Below, one piece after another: positions 20,280 to 30,516 of a DNA stretch of 64,000 bases. The notes beneath the pieces are model-generated. The model was not told where the DNA came from, did no database searches, and saw only the letters and a list, made by a program, of their open reading frames with translations. Source of the DNA: an uncultured Actinomycetes bacterium (lineage in GTDB: Bacteria; Actinomycetota; Thermoleophilia; Gaiellales; Gaiellaceae); the NCBI GenBank assembly GCA_963742525.1, contig CAVUMD010000002.1, forward strand, positions 168,025-232,024, in the 5' to 3' direction. A program made the translations under genes and the position numbers. The number at the start of each line of letters is the position of its first letter. The first letter of the stretch is position 1.

Positions 20280-20641
20280 CTACTGGTCGACCGGCTGGAT
20301 CGGGGCGCACGCCCCACGCGGAACGAGCCGGAGATCGAGTCGGTAGCCGGATTTGGTCGAGACGGTCGCCGCGTTCGGGCCGTTGCACGAATCGACCGCA
20401 ACGGCAAATCGCGCCGTGAACCTGCCGACGGCGCTCGTACGAAGCCTCTTGACGACGCGCCCCTGCTCCGTCGCGAGCGTCACGGTGACGAGGATCCCCG
20501 GGCGAAACGAGACACCTCGCAGCTGGAGGGGCGACTTCGAGACGACGGTCACGGTCGGGCCGCCAGCGGCCGCGGAACGGCGACTGCCGGAACAGAGACG
20601 GCCATCGCGGCGGCGACCCCTGCCAACGTGCGAAGCGTCAT
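20280..20641 (-). pseudogene. small secreted two-Cys protein, paralog of 26299..26652, with signal peptide and mature part in different frames
   Basis: ATG 20641 gives MTLRTLAGVAAAMAVSVPAVA..., which stops at 20549. The mature part (AAAGGPTVTVVSKSPLQLRGVSFRPGILVTVT...C...C) continues in the frame of ORF 20280..20552. A 1-nt shift lies near 20570-20580. Confidence 0.55.
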
Positions 20642-20706
20642 GGCCCGAGCATGCCCCTCCGACGACCCGGTGAAACGGAACCCGAACAGAGTCCTGACAT
20701 TGTGAA

Positions 20707-20732
20707 GGGGGCCGCCTCGACGGGCGGCCCCC
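20707..20732 (-). terminator. GC-rich hairpin downstream of the BNR-repeat gene
   Basis: GGGGGCCGCC-tcgacg-GGCGGCCCCC, a perfect 10-bp stem 26 nt after the stop at 20758. The U-tract is weak. Confidence 0.5.
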
Positions 20733-20757
20733 TTCGCTTCGATGCTGCCGGGCGCAC

Positions 20758-23645
20758 CTACGGCAGGTTCATGTACCAGGCGCTCATCCCGTGGGTCGCC
20801 GCATACAGCCGGCGTGCGCCCGGGACGATCGTGAGCCCTGGGACCTCGACGATCGGGAGTCCCTCGCCGGCGACGGACCACGACGTCGTGCCCTTCGCCA
20901 GTCGCAGGACGCCGAAGTCGTTCGAGACATAGACATCGCCCGTCGCGTCGTCGAGGGCGATGTCCGTCAGCGGCAGGTCGCCCAGGTCGTAGCTCCGGTC
21001 GACCCAGGTCGCGGTCTTGGCGACCGGGTCGAAGGTGACCTCGAAGACGTGCCCCGGCGTGACCGAGCCGACCGTCGAGTTGTAGCCCGAGTACGAGATC
21101 CAGGCGTGGTTCGGGTTCGCCGGATCGACGGCGATGCCGCTCGGGAACCGGTTCGGCAGCGCCGTTGCCGCCCGAAGCGACGTCGATTCGCGTGTACGTC
21201 ACCGCCGAGGCCGGGTCGGCGTCGGCGTTCGTCGAGACGAACACGCGTCCGGTCGAGGTCGCCGCCCACATCGTGCCCGTGTCGGCGTGGTGCGCTCGAT
21301 CGCGGCGACGTTCGAGGTGCCGCCGGCACGGTTCCGGACGACGCGGCCGTGAGATCGCCGGGGTTGCCCGCACCGCCGGCGCCGCCGAGGGCCTCGAAGT
21401 CACCGCAGCCGGGCTTGTTGCCGGGCGTTGTGAACTCGGGGCAGTTCGCCTCGAGGACGAACTGGTTGCCGCCGTTGTCCTTCGTGCGCCAGACGTGCTG
21501 GAAGCCGGTGAAGATCGTGCCTCCGACCTTCGGGTCGGCGATCTCGGGCCAGTAGAACGCGACTCGCCTCGCCGCTGTTCAGCGGGTGGCGCCGTGGCGA
21601 TGACCCAGGCCGTCGGGTCGCCGGAGCGGAAGTTGACGTCACCGAATCCGCCGAAGAACTGGTTGAAGCGGATCGCCGGGTTGGCGACGTCGAAGCCCGA
21701 CTGGCCGCCGTCGCCGTAGATCGTCTGGGTCCACTGCTTCGAGCTTCCCGAGTAGAGCCAGGTTCCGTTGTCCTGCGTCCCGGCCATGATCTCGCCCGTC
21801 GGGTTCTTCGGGTTGACCGAGATCGACTGGAGCTGCAGCGTCGTCAGGCCCTCGTTGAGGCTGTAGAGCCTCGTCGGCACCGCCGAGAGGAGCCTGTGGC
21901 ACGTCAGCAGGCTGGCCGCGCCGAGCGGACGGGTGTCGCACTGACTCGAGATGTCCGCGTAGTCCCCGCTCGACCGGACGATGCCGCCGTCCGAAGCCTC
22001 CCACCAGATACCCGGGTTGCCCGGCGCGAACGCGATCTCGTGCTGGTCGGGGTGGATCGTGTTCCCGGCCGCGTCGACCGTGACGTCCGTGAACGTCCGG
22101 TTGTTCGCCGCGGGATCCGGCTCGCCGGCCGTCGTCGAGCGAACGACCCCGCGTGCGTTCGAGCGCAGACCCAGCTCGCCGTAGGTGTACGAGCCGAGCA
22201 CGAACACCGTGTCCGGCTCGCCGGAAGGCGTCGCGACGTCCTGGTCGTACCAGCACTGGCCGGTGCAGAAGTCGAACGTCGCGTATCCCGGCTCGCCGTT
22301 GACGTTCGTCGTCAGCTTCTTCCAGAGCGCGGCGTTGGCGTTGCCGTCGACGAGCTGCGAGGCGTCGTCGACGCGGAAGAGGGCCGAATAGGGGTTGGGT
22401 GCACCGGTCGACCCGTTGGTGGCGTAGATGCGCACCTTCCCGTTCTTGACGGTCAAGCGCGAACATCGTCCGGTCGGTGTTCACGAGCGGCGCCTGTGCT
22501 GCGAATACCTGCTGGAACGCGCCGCCGGCCTTCGAGCGGTAGATCCCGAGTTGGTACGCGCTCGCGTAGACCGTCGTGTGGTCGAGGGGGTCGATCGCGA
22601 CGCGGCTCGCGCCGCGTCCTGCGTCGGCCACGAGGTCACCCTTCGGAGGGATCGGGGCCGTGCCCGCGTCCCACACGAGCGACCAGTTCGCTCCGCCGTT
22701 CGTCGTCTTGTAAACGCCGAGCGTGGGCTGCGCCGCTCCGGTGCGTGACACGGCCCCGCCGGACACGGAGGTGATGCCGCGCACCGCCCGCGCGATCGAT
22801 GCATACATCACGTTGCCGATTCGTCGGGTCGATCGCGATCGACGAGACGGCGCGCGTCGCGAAGACCTGGTCGCGTCTGCCCGAGGAGGCTCCAGGTGTC
22901 GCCACCGTCGGTCGACTTGTAGATCCCGACGCCGGCCTCGGAGTCGCCGGACGCATTCGGCTCACCCGTGCCGGCATAGAGCGTGTTGCCCGACGGGTCG
23001 GTCGGATCCTGGACGAGCGTTCCGAACGCGTTCGAGCCGAGCCCTGCCGACGAGAACGACCAGCCTGGGTTGTTGGTGTGGAGACCGTGTTTCGTCATCC
23101 AGACGCCGCCGCCCGCGGCGGCGATCCACACGCGGCACTGGCCCTGGTTGCACTTCCGGTCGACGAGGATCGCCTGCGCGCGGCCGGACGTGACGTAGTC
23201 CTGCCCCGTGAATCCGAGGACGCCGGGCTGGAAGGCCACGGTCGGGCCGATCGAGTTCCAGACGAAGGCGCCCTTCTTCGAGCCCTTGTTGCCGCGGATC
23301 TTGATGTCCGCGAACGCCCGCTGCGCTGCCGAGGTCTGTGCCGGGGTGACCTCCTGGGCGGGGAACGCCCGCTCTGCGGCGGCTTCCTCGGCCGCCTGCG
23401 ACACGGGGTTGCCCTCGTTGCCGCTCTCGCCGGCCTTTTCCTCCTGCGTCCCGCCGGCGTCGGGGTCGCCACCCTTGGCGATCGCGGCGTATCCGGCACC
23501 GCCGAGATTCTGCTGTCGCGTAGGCGAGCTCGGCGTGGTACTGCGCCTCGCGACCCCATTCCGCGTGCATTGCGGCGATGAAGATCGCGAATCCCCCGAT
23601 CACGAGGGCGAGTACGCCGAGCGCGATGCGCTCCGACCTGTCCAT
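20758..23645 (-). pseudogene. large secreted BNR/Asp-box repeat (sialidase/glycosidase-like beta-propeller) protein, multiply frameshifted
   Basis: Coding-like segments sit in all three minus frames. Examples are MDRSERIALGVLALVIGGFAIFIAAM (signal anchor), GVGIYKSTDGGDTWS, RAVSSIAIDPTN, GVYKTTNGGANWSLVW, TVKNGKVRIYATNG..., FYWPEIADPKVGGTIFTGFQHVWRTKDNGGN, DTGTMWAATSTGRVFVSTNADADP and IAVDPANPNHAWISYSGYN...MSAWYMNLP*. Frame changes lie near 23530, 22880, 22822, 22457, 21590, 21565, 21350, 21300 and 21170. Confidence 0.6.
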
Positions 23646-23906
23646 CCGAAACCCCTCTCGCTCCGTTCGTCTCCCCTGGTTTTCCGGGAGCCGGGACGGG
23701 TCTAGCATCGCCGGCCGGGCATGTCAACCGCCCAGCTGGGGGTTGCGCGCTCGCGGTGAGCGACGGACGGGGAAGAGAAGAGAAACCCTGTTTCCGATTA
23801 CCACCGGTCGAGGGTTGCCCTCGGTGGCACGCGCGGCTAGGGTGCGCGCTCACGGCGCACCAGTAGCTGGTGCGTCAAGGGGAGAAACCGACATAAAGGG
23901 AGACCA

Positions 23907-26232
23907 ATGAGGAAGAGGTTCCTCGCGCTCCTGACCGGAGCGCTCGTTCTCGTCCTGTCCGCCGGGGTCGGCCTTTCGGTCGCCGGCACGACGGCGAGCG
24001 GAGCCGATCCCGCGAGCTTCGCCGGGACGGACAATCTCTCGCACCCGCTGGGCGAGAAGCAGGAGGCGCTCAAGCAGGTCGCGCTTCAGAAGGTCGCCAA
24101 GGGCGAGATCCCGAAGGGCACCAAGGTCGGCAAGGTCGCCAAGGGCCAGTACGTCGAGCTCGCCCGCGAGGGTGAGGACTCGATCCTCACGATCCTCGGC
24201 GAGTTCGGGAACGCGATCAATCCCGTGACGGGCGGCACGCCCGGTCCGCTGCACAACCAGATCCCGCAGCCGGATCGGTCGACCGACAACATCACGATCT
24301 GGGCGCCCGACTTCACCCAGGCGTACTACGACGGACCTGCTCTTCGACGACGCACCGGGCCAGAACTCGATGCGGAACTTCTACAAGGAGCAGTCGTCGA
24401 ACCGGTACACCGTCAACGGAGAGGTCACGAACTGGGTCCAGGTCCCGTTCAACGAGGCGCGCTACGGCACCAACCTGTGCGGAAGCAACGTCTGCTCGAC
24501 CGTGTGGGCATTCGTGAACTCCTCGGCCGATGCCTGGGCCTCGACGATGTCCACGGGCGACCTCAACGCGAAGCTCGCGAAGTACGACGTCTGGGATCGG
24601 TACGACTCCGACGGCGACGGCAACTTCAACGAGCCCGACGGCTACATCGACCACTTCCAGTCGATCCACGCCGGCGTCGGCGAGGAGACGGGTGGCGGCG
24701 CCCAGGGCGCGAACGCGATCTGGTCGCACCGGTGGTACGCGTACTTCTCCGCGAACGGTCCGGATGGGACCGGCCCGCACGGCTTCGGCGGTGTGCGGAT
24801 CGGCGATTCGAACTACTGGATCGGCGACTACACGATCGAGCCGGAGAACGGCGGCGTCGGCGTGTTCTCGCACGAGTTCGCGCACGACCTCGGGCTGCCG
24901 GACGAGTACGACACGTCGGGCAACACGGGCGGCGCCGAGAACGGCACGGGCTTCTGGACGCTGATGTCCCAGGGCTCGTACGGCAACAACGGCACCCCGG
25001 CGGAGGGCATCGGCGACCGGCCGTTCCACATGAACGCCTGGGACAAGCTCCAGCTCGGCTGGCTGGACTACACGGCCGTCGGGCCTGGGGGCAAGCAGAC
25101 GTCGTTGAAGCTCGGCCCGTCCGAGGCGACGACGAAGCAGGATCAGGCCGTGATCGTCGTGCTCCCGGAGAAGCCCGTCGACTTCGACTTCGGCGCTCCG
25201 GCCGCCGGCTCGAAGTTCTACTACTCCGGCTCGGCTGACGATCTCGACACGACGATGACCAAGTCGGTCACGCTGCCCGCCGGCACGGCGTCGCTCAACG
25301 CGCAGATCCGGACGAACATCGAGACCGACTGGGACTACGCGTACGTGACGGTCAACGGGACGCCGATCCCGACGAGCCTGTCGGTCAACACGAACCCGAA
25401 CGGCAACAACCTCGGGAACGGCATCACCGGCCCGCGGTCGAGTTGGACTGCGCTGTCGGCGAGCCTGACCGCGTATGCCGGGCAGACCGTGGCGATCGGC
25501 TTCCGGTACAAGACGGACGCTGCACAACAGGGCCAGCCCGGCGCATCGGGCGTGCCCGGGTTCCAGGTCGACGAGATCGCGATCAGCGGACAGCCGACCG
25601 ACGGCGCCGAGACCGATGCCGGCTGGACGTTCACGCCGAAGGAGGGCGGGTTCCACGTCACGGGCCAGACCGTGACGCGGTACTTCTTCAACGCCTACGT
25701 CGCCGAGAACAGGCAGTACCTCGGCTACGACGCCGGTCTCCGGACCGGGCCGTACAACTTCGGTGATGTCGTGAACACGCCGAACTGGGCCGAGCGGTTC
25801 CCGCTCCAGGACGGCCTGCTCGTCTGGTACTGGGACAACTCATTCGGCGACAACAACGTCGGCGAGCATCCGGGCGGCGGGCTGATCCTGCCCGTCGACG
25901 CCAACCCCGGACCGCTGCACTGGGCCAACGGCTCGGTGATGCGGCCGAGGCTGCAGTCGTTCGACGCGACGTTCACGACGCAGGCGACCGACGCGATCAC
26001 GGTGCACAACGGCGGCGTCGCCGTCACCGTCCCGTCGCGGCCGGGCGTGTCGACGTTCGACGACAGCCAGAGCTACTGGGTTCCCGGTGATCCGGGCGAC
26101 GCTCCGGCGAACGGGCGCTACCAGGCCGAGTGGAACAGCGTCAAGGTGCCGAACACGGGCACCTCGATGCGGGTCACCAGCGTGACGCCCGGTGGCTTCA
26201 TGCAGGTGCAGGTGACGCCGCCGGCGAAGTAG
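23907..26232 (+). pseudogene. secreted M6-family (immune inhibitor A-like) zinc metallopeptidase, one frameshift near 24333
   Basis: The N-terminal part with signal peptide is in ORF 23907..25238 (to ...DFTQAYYD). The rest is in ORF 24370..26232, readable upstream as DLLFDDAPGQNSMRNFYKEQSSNRY. Zinc motif HEFAHDLGLPDEYD. Removing one G near 24333 restores a single roughly 775-aa frame. Confidence 0.75.
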
Positions 26233-26253
26233 CCGGCCGCGGCACTGAGCTCG

Positions 26254-26281
26254 GGACGGGCGGGGGAGACCCCGCCCGTCC
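26254..26281. terminator. bidirectional hairpin between convergent genes
   Basis: GGACGGGCGGGG-gaga-CCCCGCCCGTCC, a perfect 12-bp stem between the M6 peptidase stop (26232) and the minus-strand stop (26299). Confidence 0.6.
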
Positions 26282-26298
26282 ACGTTCTCCGAATGCTC

Positions 26299-26652
26299 TC
26301 AGCGGATCGGCGGGGGCACGCAGGGCGAGCTCGGAACCGCGACCACTGCTCGGCTTCCGAGAACACCCGTCGCACGAATCGCGAACGCCTTGCCGCACGG
26401 CTGGCTGGGTAGGCGGAAGGTCGCGCCCAACCGACCGCGCATGGTTGCCCGCACGACGACGCGCTTCGCCCCGATCGGCGTCAGCGCCGTCACCACGACC
26501 CGCTCGCCCGGACGGAACAACTCCCCGCGGACGACCAGCGGCTGTGTTCCGACGAGCCTGAGCTTCGGCGCCGTGGCCGCGGTCCCGGCGGGGACGACAC
26601 CCGCGAGGCCGGTGGCGCAGACGGCCGTCACCGCGGCGAGCGTGCGCATCAC
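26299..26652 (-). CDS. small secreted two-Cys protein (117 aa), function unknown
   Basis: Signal peptide MMRTLAAVTAVCATGLAGVVPAGTAA. The mature region aligns with the 20280..20641 paralog (PL-x-RG-xx-FRPG-x-V-x-VT...GR...F...C...C). Confidence 0.6.
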   Translation of the reverse strand: MMRTLAAVTAVCATGLAGVVPAGTAATAPKLRLVGTQPLVVRGELFRPGERVVVTALTPIGAKRVVVRATMRGRLGATFRLPSQPCGKAFAIRATGVLGSRAVVAVPSSPCVPPPIR

Positions 26653-26700
26653 GTCCTCGACGCTAACGCGACGATATGAAGAGACGATGAAGCTCGTGCG

Positions 26701-26889
26701 CTAGCGCGGGGGCGCTTCCTGGTCGCGGTCGAAGTCGCCGCGGCCGCCGCCGAGCTCGAACCCGGCGACCGTGTCGGCCCGGTCGGCCGAGTACTCGCGG
26801 GTCAGATCGTCGGCCTCGGCGTCCTCGAGCTCGTCCGCCTTGTCCGGCGTCGAGCTGAGCCAGCCGAGCACCGTGTCCTTGATTCCCAT
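26701..26889 (-). CDS. small acidic hypothetical protein (62 aa)
   Basis: GC3-rich ORF immediately downstream of lipA. No family recognised. Confidence 0.4.
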   Translation of the reverse strand: MGIKDTVLGWLSSTPDKADELEDAEADDLTREYSADRADTVAGFELGGGRGDFDRDQEAPPR

Positions 26890-26929
26890 CGCACGAGCCT
26901 ACAACGCCCGGAGGGCTGGTGCGAGCCGA

Positions 26930-27859
26930 TCAGTAGGCGACGGCGCCTAGGCCCGTCTCGGCCGCGTGGCGCTGCTCGTCCGCCCGGTAGCTCGAGCGCA
27001 CGAGCGGACCGGCGAACACCGAGCCGAACCCGAGCGCCTCGCCCTGCTCTCGCATCCAGCGGAACTCGTCGGGGTGGACCCAGCGGTCGATCTTCGCGTG
27101 CTGGGACGACGGCTGCAGGTACTGGCCGATCGTGACGACGTCGACGCCGTTCGCGCGCAGGTCGCGCATCGTGTCGACGACCTCGTCGTTGGTCTCGCCG
27201 AGCCCGACGATGATCCCCGACTTCGTCAGGACGGGGTAGTCCGCGATCTCCTTCGCGCGCCGCAGCAGCGTCAGGGCGCCGTCGTAGCTCGCCTTCGCGC
27301 CGCGCATCCTGCGGTGGAGCCTGCGCACGGTCTCGATGTTGTGGTTGAAGACCTCGGGGCGCGCTCCGACGACGGTGGCGAGCGCGTCCTCCTCGACGCC
27401 GAGGAAGTCGGGCGTCAGGACCTCGACGTGCGACTCGGGCAGCTTCGCCTTGAGCGCGCGGATCGTCGCAGCGAAGTGCCCCGCTCCCTTGTCGGGCAGG
27501 TCGTCGCGGTCGACCGAGGTCACGACGACGTGCGAGAGCCCCATCGTCGCGGCCGCCTGTGCAAGGCGGAGCGGCTCGAGGGGGTCCGGCGGCCCGTCGG
27601 GCTTGCCCGAGTTGACGTAGCAGTACCGGCACGCACGCGTGCACGTGTCGCCGAGGATCTGGAACGTCGCGGTGCCACGCCCCCAGCACTCGGCGATGTT
27701 CGGACAGCGGGCCTCCTCGCAGACGGTCACGAGGCTCGCGCCGTGGAGCAGCTTGCGAACGTCCCAGTACTTCCCTTCCGTGCTCGGCGCACGGACCTTC
27801 ATCCACGGCGGGCGCCGCGGACGATCGGCGACGGGCAGCGACGTCTCCATGCCCTTCAT
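26930..27859 (-). CDS. lipA: lipoyl synthase (radical SAM)
   Basis: ORF 26930..28027 trimmed to ATG 27859 (MKGMETS...), an ATGA overlap with the lipB stop. Cysteine motifs CEEARCPNIAEC and CTRACRYC. Confidence 0.93.
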   Translation of the reverse strand: MKGMETSLPVADRPRRPPWMKVRAPSTEGKYWDVRKLLHGASLVTVCEEARCPNIAECWGRGTATFQILGDTCTRACRYCYVNSGKPDGPPDPLEPLRLAQAAATMGLSHVVVTSVDRDDLPDKGAGHFAATIRALKAKLPESHVEVLTPDFLGVEEDALATVVGARPEVFNHNIETVRRLHRRMRGAKASYDGALTLLRRAKEIADYPVLTKSGIIVGLGETNDEVVDTMRDLRANGVDVVTIGQYLQPSSQHAKIDRWVHPDEFRWMREQGEALGFGSVFAGPLVRSSYRADEQRHAAETGLGAVAY

Positions 27860-28548
27860 GGTATGGACGCCGGCAGAGGCGCCTCCCGAGAGGAGAGCTC
27901 GAGGCCGAAGACCTCGCCGATCGCTCGCGCTGCCGCAGGCCGGACATCCGCGACGGTCACCGGCGCTCCGAGCTCGGCGGCGATCGACGTGAACTGGGCG
28001 TCCTCGAGGCCGCAGGCAGTGATCCACTGCGTGAACGGCGCAGGATCGAGATCGACGTTGAGGGCGTAGCCGTGCGTCGTCACCCAGCGCGAGGCATGGA
28101 CGCCGATCGACGCGATCTTCCGCGGCCCGAGACCGCGTCCGGGCGGCATCCAGACACCCGTCAGCCCCTCGTACGTCGTCGCTTCGAGACCGAACGTCCC
28201 GATGGTGCGGACGATTGCCCGCTCGAGGTCGCGCACGTAGCCGCGAAGGTCTCGCCCGTGGTGGTTGAGGTCGAGGATCGGGTAGCAGACGAGCTGGCCG
28301 GGCCCGTGGTAGGTCGACTTGCCCCCGCGGTTCGTCTCGACCACCTCGACGTGGATGCCTTCGGGTACGTGGAGCTCCGCCGCCTCGTCCGTCCGACGAC
28401 CGAGCGTGACGACCGGCTCGTGCTCGAGCAGGATCACCGTGTCCGGCTGGGCTCCGGCCTTCACCTCTTCGGCGAGCTCGCGCTGCAGCGTGAACGCCTC
28501 GCCGTACGGCGTCAGGCCTTCCAGGTCGAGGAGGATCCCGGCTCTCAC
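27856..28548 (-). CDS. lipB: octanoyltransferase (lipoate-protein ligase B)
   Basis: ORF 27856..28770 trimmed to GTG 28548 (GTGA overlap with the VOC gene stop). Contains ...TLGRR...RGGKSTYHGPGQLVCYPILDL...KIASIGVH... Confidence 0.88.
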   Translation of the reverse strand: MRAGILLDLEGLTPYGEAFTLQRELAEEVKAGAQPDTVILLEHEPVVTLGRRTDEAAELHVPEGIHVEVVETNRGGKSTYHGPGQLVCYPILDLNHHGRDLRGYVRDLERAIVRTIGTFGLEATTYEGLTGVWMPPGRGLGPRKIASIGVHASRWVTTHGYALNVDLDPAPFTQWITACGLEDAQFTSIAAELGAPVTVADVRPAAARAIGEVFGLELSSREAPLPASIP

Positions 28549-28985
28549 GCCCCGGCCGGCTGAAGCGACTGGCCGAACATCCAGCGGTGACCTTCGAGGT
28601 CCTCCGCCGTGTAGAGCCGCATGCCGGCCTCGACCGAGTCTTCCGGCGGGCGAATCACCGCCGCTCCCGCGGACACGGCCTGCGCATGGTGCGCGGTGAC
28701 GTCGTCGACGGACACGAAGACCCCGTCGATCACCCACGGGTTGTCCTGCCACCGGCGCGCCGCCTCGCACGTCTCACGATGGCGTTTCGGGCTCTGGTAG
28801 TCGGCGTTCGGTGTCGCGAGCATGACGATCTCGCCGTCGCGCTCCAGCTGCGCGTGCGTCACCGTCCCGTCGTCGGCCGTATACCGCTGCCCTTCGCGCT
28901 CGTGGAAGCCGAACGCCTGCGTCAACCAGTCGATCGCGGCGGCGGCGTCTTCGTACGCCAGCATCGGGACGATCCGCTGCATCAT
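28545..28985 (-). CDS. VOC/glyoxalase-bleomycin resistance family protein
   Basis: 146 aa (MLAYEDAAAAIDWLTQAFGFHE...GHRWMF), the typical PhnB/glyoxalase-like fold pattern. Confidence 0.75.
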   Translation of the reverse strand: MMQRIVPMLAYEDAAAAIDWLTQAFGFHEREGQRYTADDGTVTHAQLERDGEIVMLATPNADYQSPKRHRETCEAARRWQDNPWVIDGVFVSVDDVTAHHAQAVSAGAAVIRPPEDSVEAGMRLYTAEDLEGHRWMFGQSLQPAGA

Positions 28986-30494
28986 CTAGGCGGCGCCGCC
29001 GTCGTCCCACCCTTCGAGGCGGCTACGGAGGTCGCGGAGGAAGCCGCCGGCGTACGCGCCGTCGACGAGGCGGTGGTCGTACGTCAAGGTGATGTTCATC
29101 ATCGGCCGGATCGCGATGACGTCCTGGCCGAGCTCGTCCTGCACGACCCACGGGCGCTTGACGAGCGCGTACGTGCCGAGGATGCCGGCCTGCGGCTGGC
29201 TGATGATCGGCGTCCCGTGGAAGGTGCCGAAACCGCCCGGGTTCGTGATCGTGAACGTGCCTCCCTGGACGTCGTCGGGCATCAGCTTCTTCGTGCGCGC
29301 CTTCTCGGCCAGCTCCGCGATGCCGCGCGCCATGCCGAGCAGGTTGAGGTCCTGCGCGTTGCGGATGACCGGCACGATCAGGCCCTTCCCGTCCTCGAGC
29401 GCGACGGCGATGCCGAGGTTCACGAACGTCCGCGTCACGATCTTGTCGCCGCGGATCTCGCCGTTGACCCACGGCCATTCCGCGAGCGTCTCGACGGCGG
29501 CCTTCGAGATGAACGCGAGGTACGTCGGATTGACGCCGTAGGACGCCTGGTACTCCTTCTTGAGGTGGTCGCGGGCAGCGACCACCCGTGACATGTCGAC
29601 CTCGATCGCGCTCGTCACGTGCGCGGAGGTGTCGAGCGAGCGTCGCATGTGCTCGGCGACGCCGCGGCGCATCGCGGTCATCGGCTCCTCGACCTCGCCT
29701 GCCGCTGCGGGCGCCGGCGCTGCAGGCTCGGCGGCTGCCGCTGCAGGGGCGGGCGCCGGAGCCGCGGGAGCGGGCGCAGGAGGTGCGGGCGGGGCTGCGG
29801 GGGGAGCGGCGGCGGCTGCAACCTCGACGGGTGCAGGCTCGGGCTCGACGGCAGGCGCCGGAGCGGCGGCGGGTGCTTCTGCCGCAGCGGGTGCTTCTAC
29901 CGCAGCAGGCGGCGGCGCGGCGGCGCCGGACTCGATGAACGCAAGGATGTCCTTCTTCGTGACGCGGCCGCCCTGCCCCGTCCCGGTGACGGCGCTCGGG
30001 TCGACGCCGTGCTGGGCGGCGATCCGCGCCACGACGGGCGAGACGAAACTCCTGCCGTTCCCGCTCGCCGCCTCGGCCGGGGCGGCCGACGCCGCGGCGG
30101 GAGCCGGCTGCTCGGTGGGCGCGGCGGCGACGGGCTCGGGGACGGCTGCCGGCGAGGGCTGAGCCGGAGCAGCGGCCTCCTCGGCGGCCGGGGTCTCCTC
30201 CTGCAGCGGCGCCGCAGGCTCTGCGGGAGCCGCGGGTGCTGCGCCCGCCGCGCCGATCACGGCGAGCACGGTCCCGACCTCGACCGTCTCGCCCTCCTGG
30301 ACCCGAATCTCGGCGACGATGCCCTCGCCGGGGCTCGGCACCTCGGTGTCGACCTTGTCGGTCGAGATCTCGAGCAGCGGCTCGTCCAGCGCGACGCTGT
30401 CACCGGCCTGCTTGAGCCAACGGGTGATCGTGCCTTCCGAGACGGAGACGCCCATCTGGGGCATCACGACCTCGACCTGCGTGCCGGTGCTCAC
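28986..30494 (-). CDS. dihydrolipoamide acyltransferase (E2) of a 2-oxoacid dehydrogenase complex
   Basis: 502 aa. Has a lipoyl domain (...EISTDKVDTEVPSP...), long Ala/Pro linkers, an E3-binding domain (SPVVARIAAQHGVDP) and a catalytic domain with the DHRLVDG motif. Confidence 0.92.
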   Translation of the reverse strand: MSTGTQVEVVMPQMGVSVSEGTITRWLKQAGDSVALDEPLLEISTDKVDTEVPSPGEGIVAEIRVQEGETVEVGTVLAVIGAAGAAPAAPAEPAAPLQEETPAAEEAAAPAQPSPAAVPEPVAAAPTEQPAPAAASAAPAEAASGNGRSFVSPVVARIAAQHGVDPSAVTGTGQGGRVTKKDILAFIESGAAAPPPAAVEAPAAAEAPAAAPAPAVEPEPAPVEVAAAAAPPAAPPAPPAPAPAAPAPAPAAAAAEPAAPAPAAAGEVEEPMTAMRRGVAEHMRRSLDTSAHVTSAIEVDMSRVVAARDHLKKEYQASYGVNPTYLAFISKAAVETLAEWPWVNGEIRGDKIVTRTFVNLGIAVALEDGKGLIVPVIRNAQDLNLLGMARGIAELAEKARTKKLMPDDVQGGTFTITNPGGFGTFHGTPIISQPQAGILGTYALVKRPWVVQDELGQDVIAIRPMMNITLTYDHRLVDGAYAGGFLRDLRSRLEGWDDGGAA

Positions 30495-30516
30495 GTTCTC
30501 ACGCCTCCTCGGGTCC

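Noticed and set aside
23646-23906. Possible riboswitch (for example a c-di-AMP/ydaO-type, often found before secreted hydrolases) in the 260-nt region between the BNR gene and the M6 peptidase.
   Set aside because: Several hairpins are present (for example CGCACCAG-uag-CUGGUGCG at about 23856-23874). I could not match any conserved riboswitch core by eye, so the evidence is insufficient for a call.
29700-30260. Highly repetitive GC-rich stretch (GCNGCNCCN-type periodicity) that could be taken for a tandem repeat or low-complexity mobile sequence.
   Set aside because: It encodes the Ala/Pro-rich flexible linkers between the lipoyl, E3-binding and catalytic domains of the E2 acyltransferase. 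This is normal for the family.
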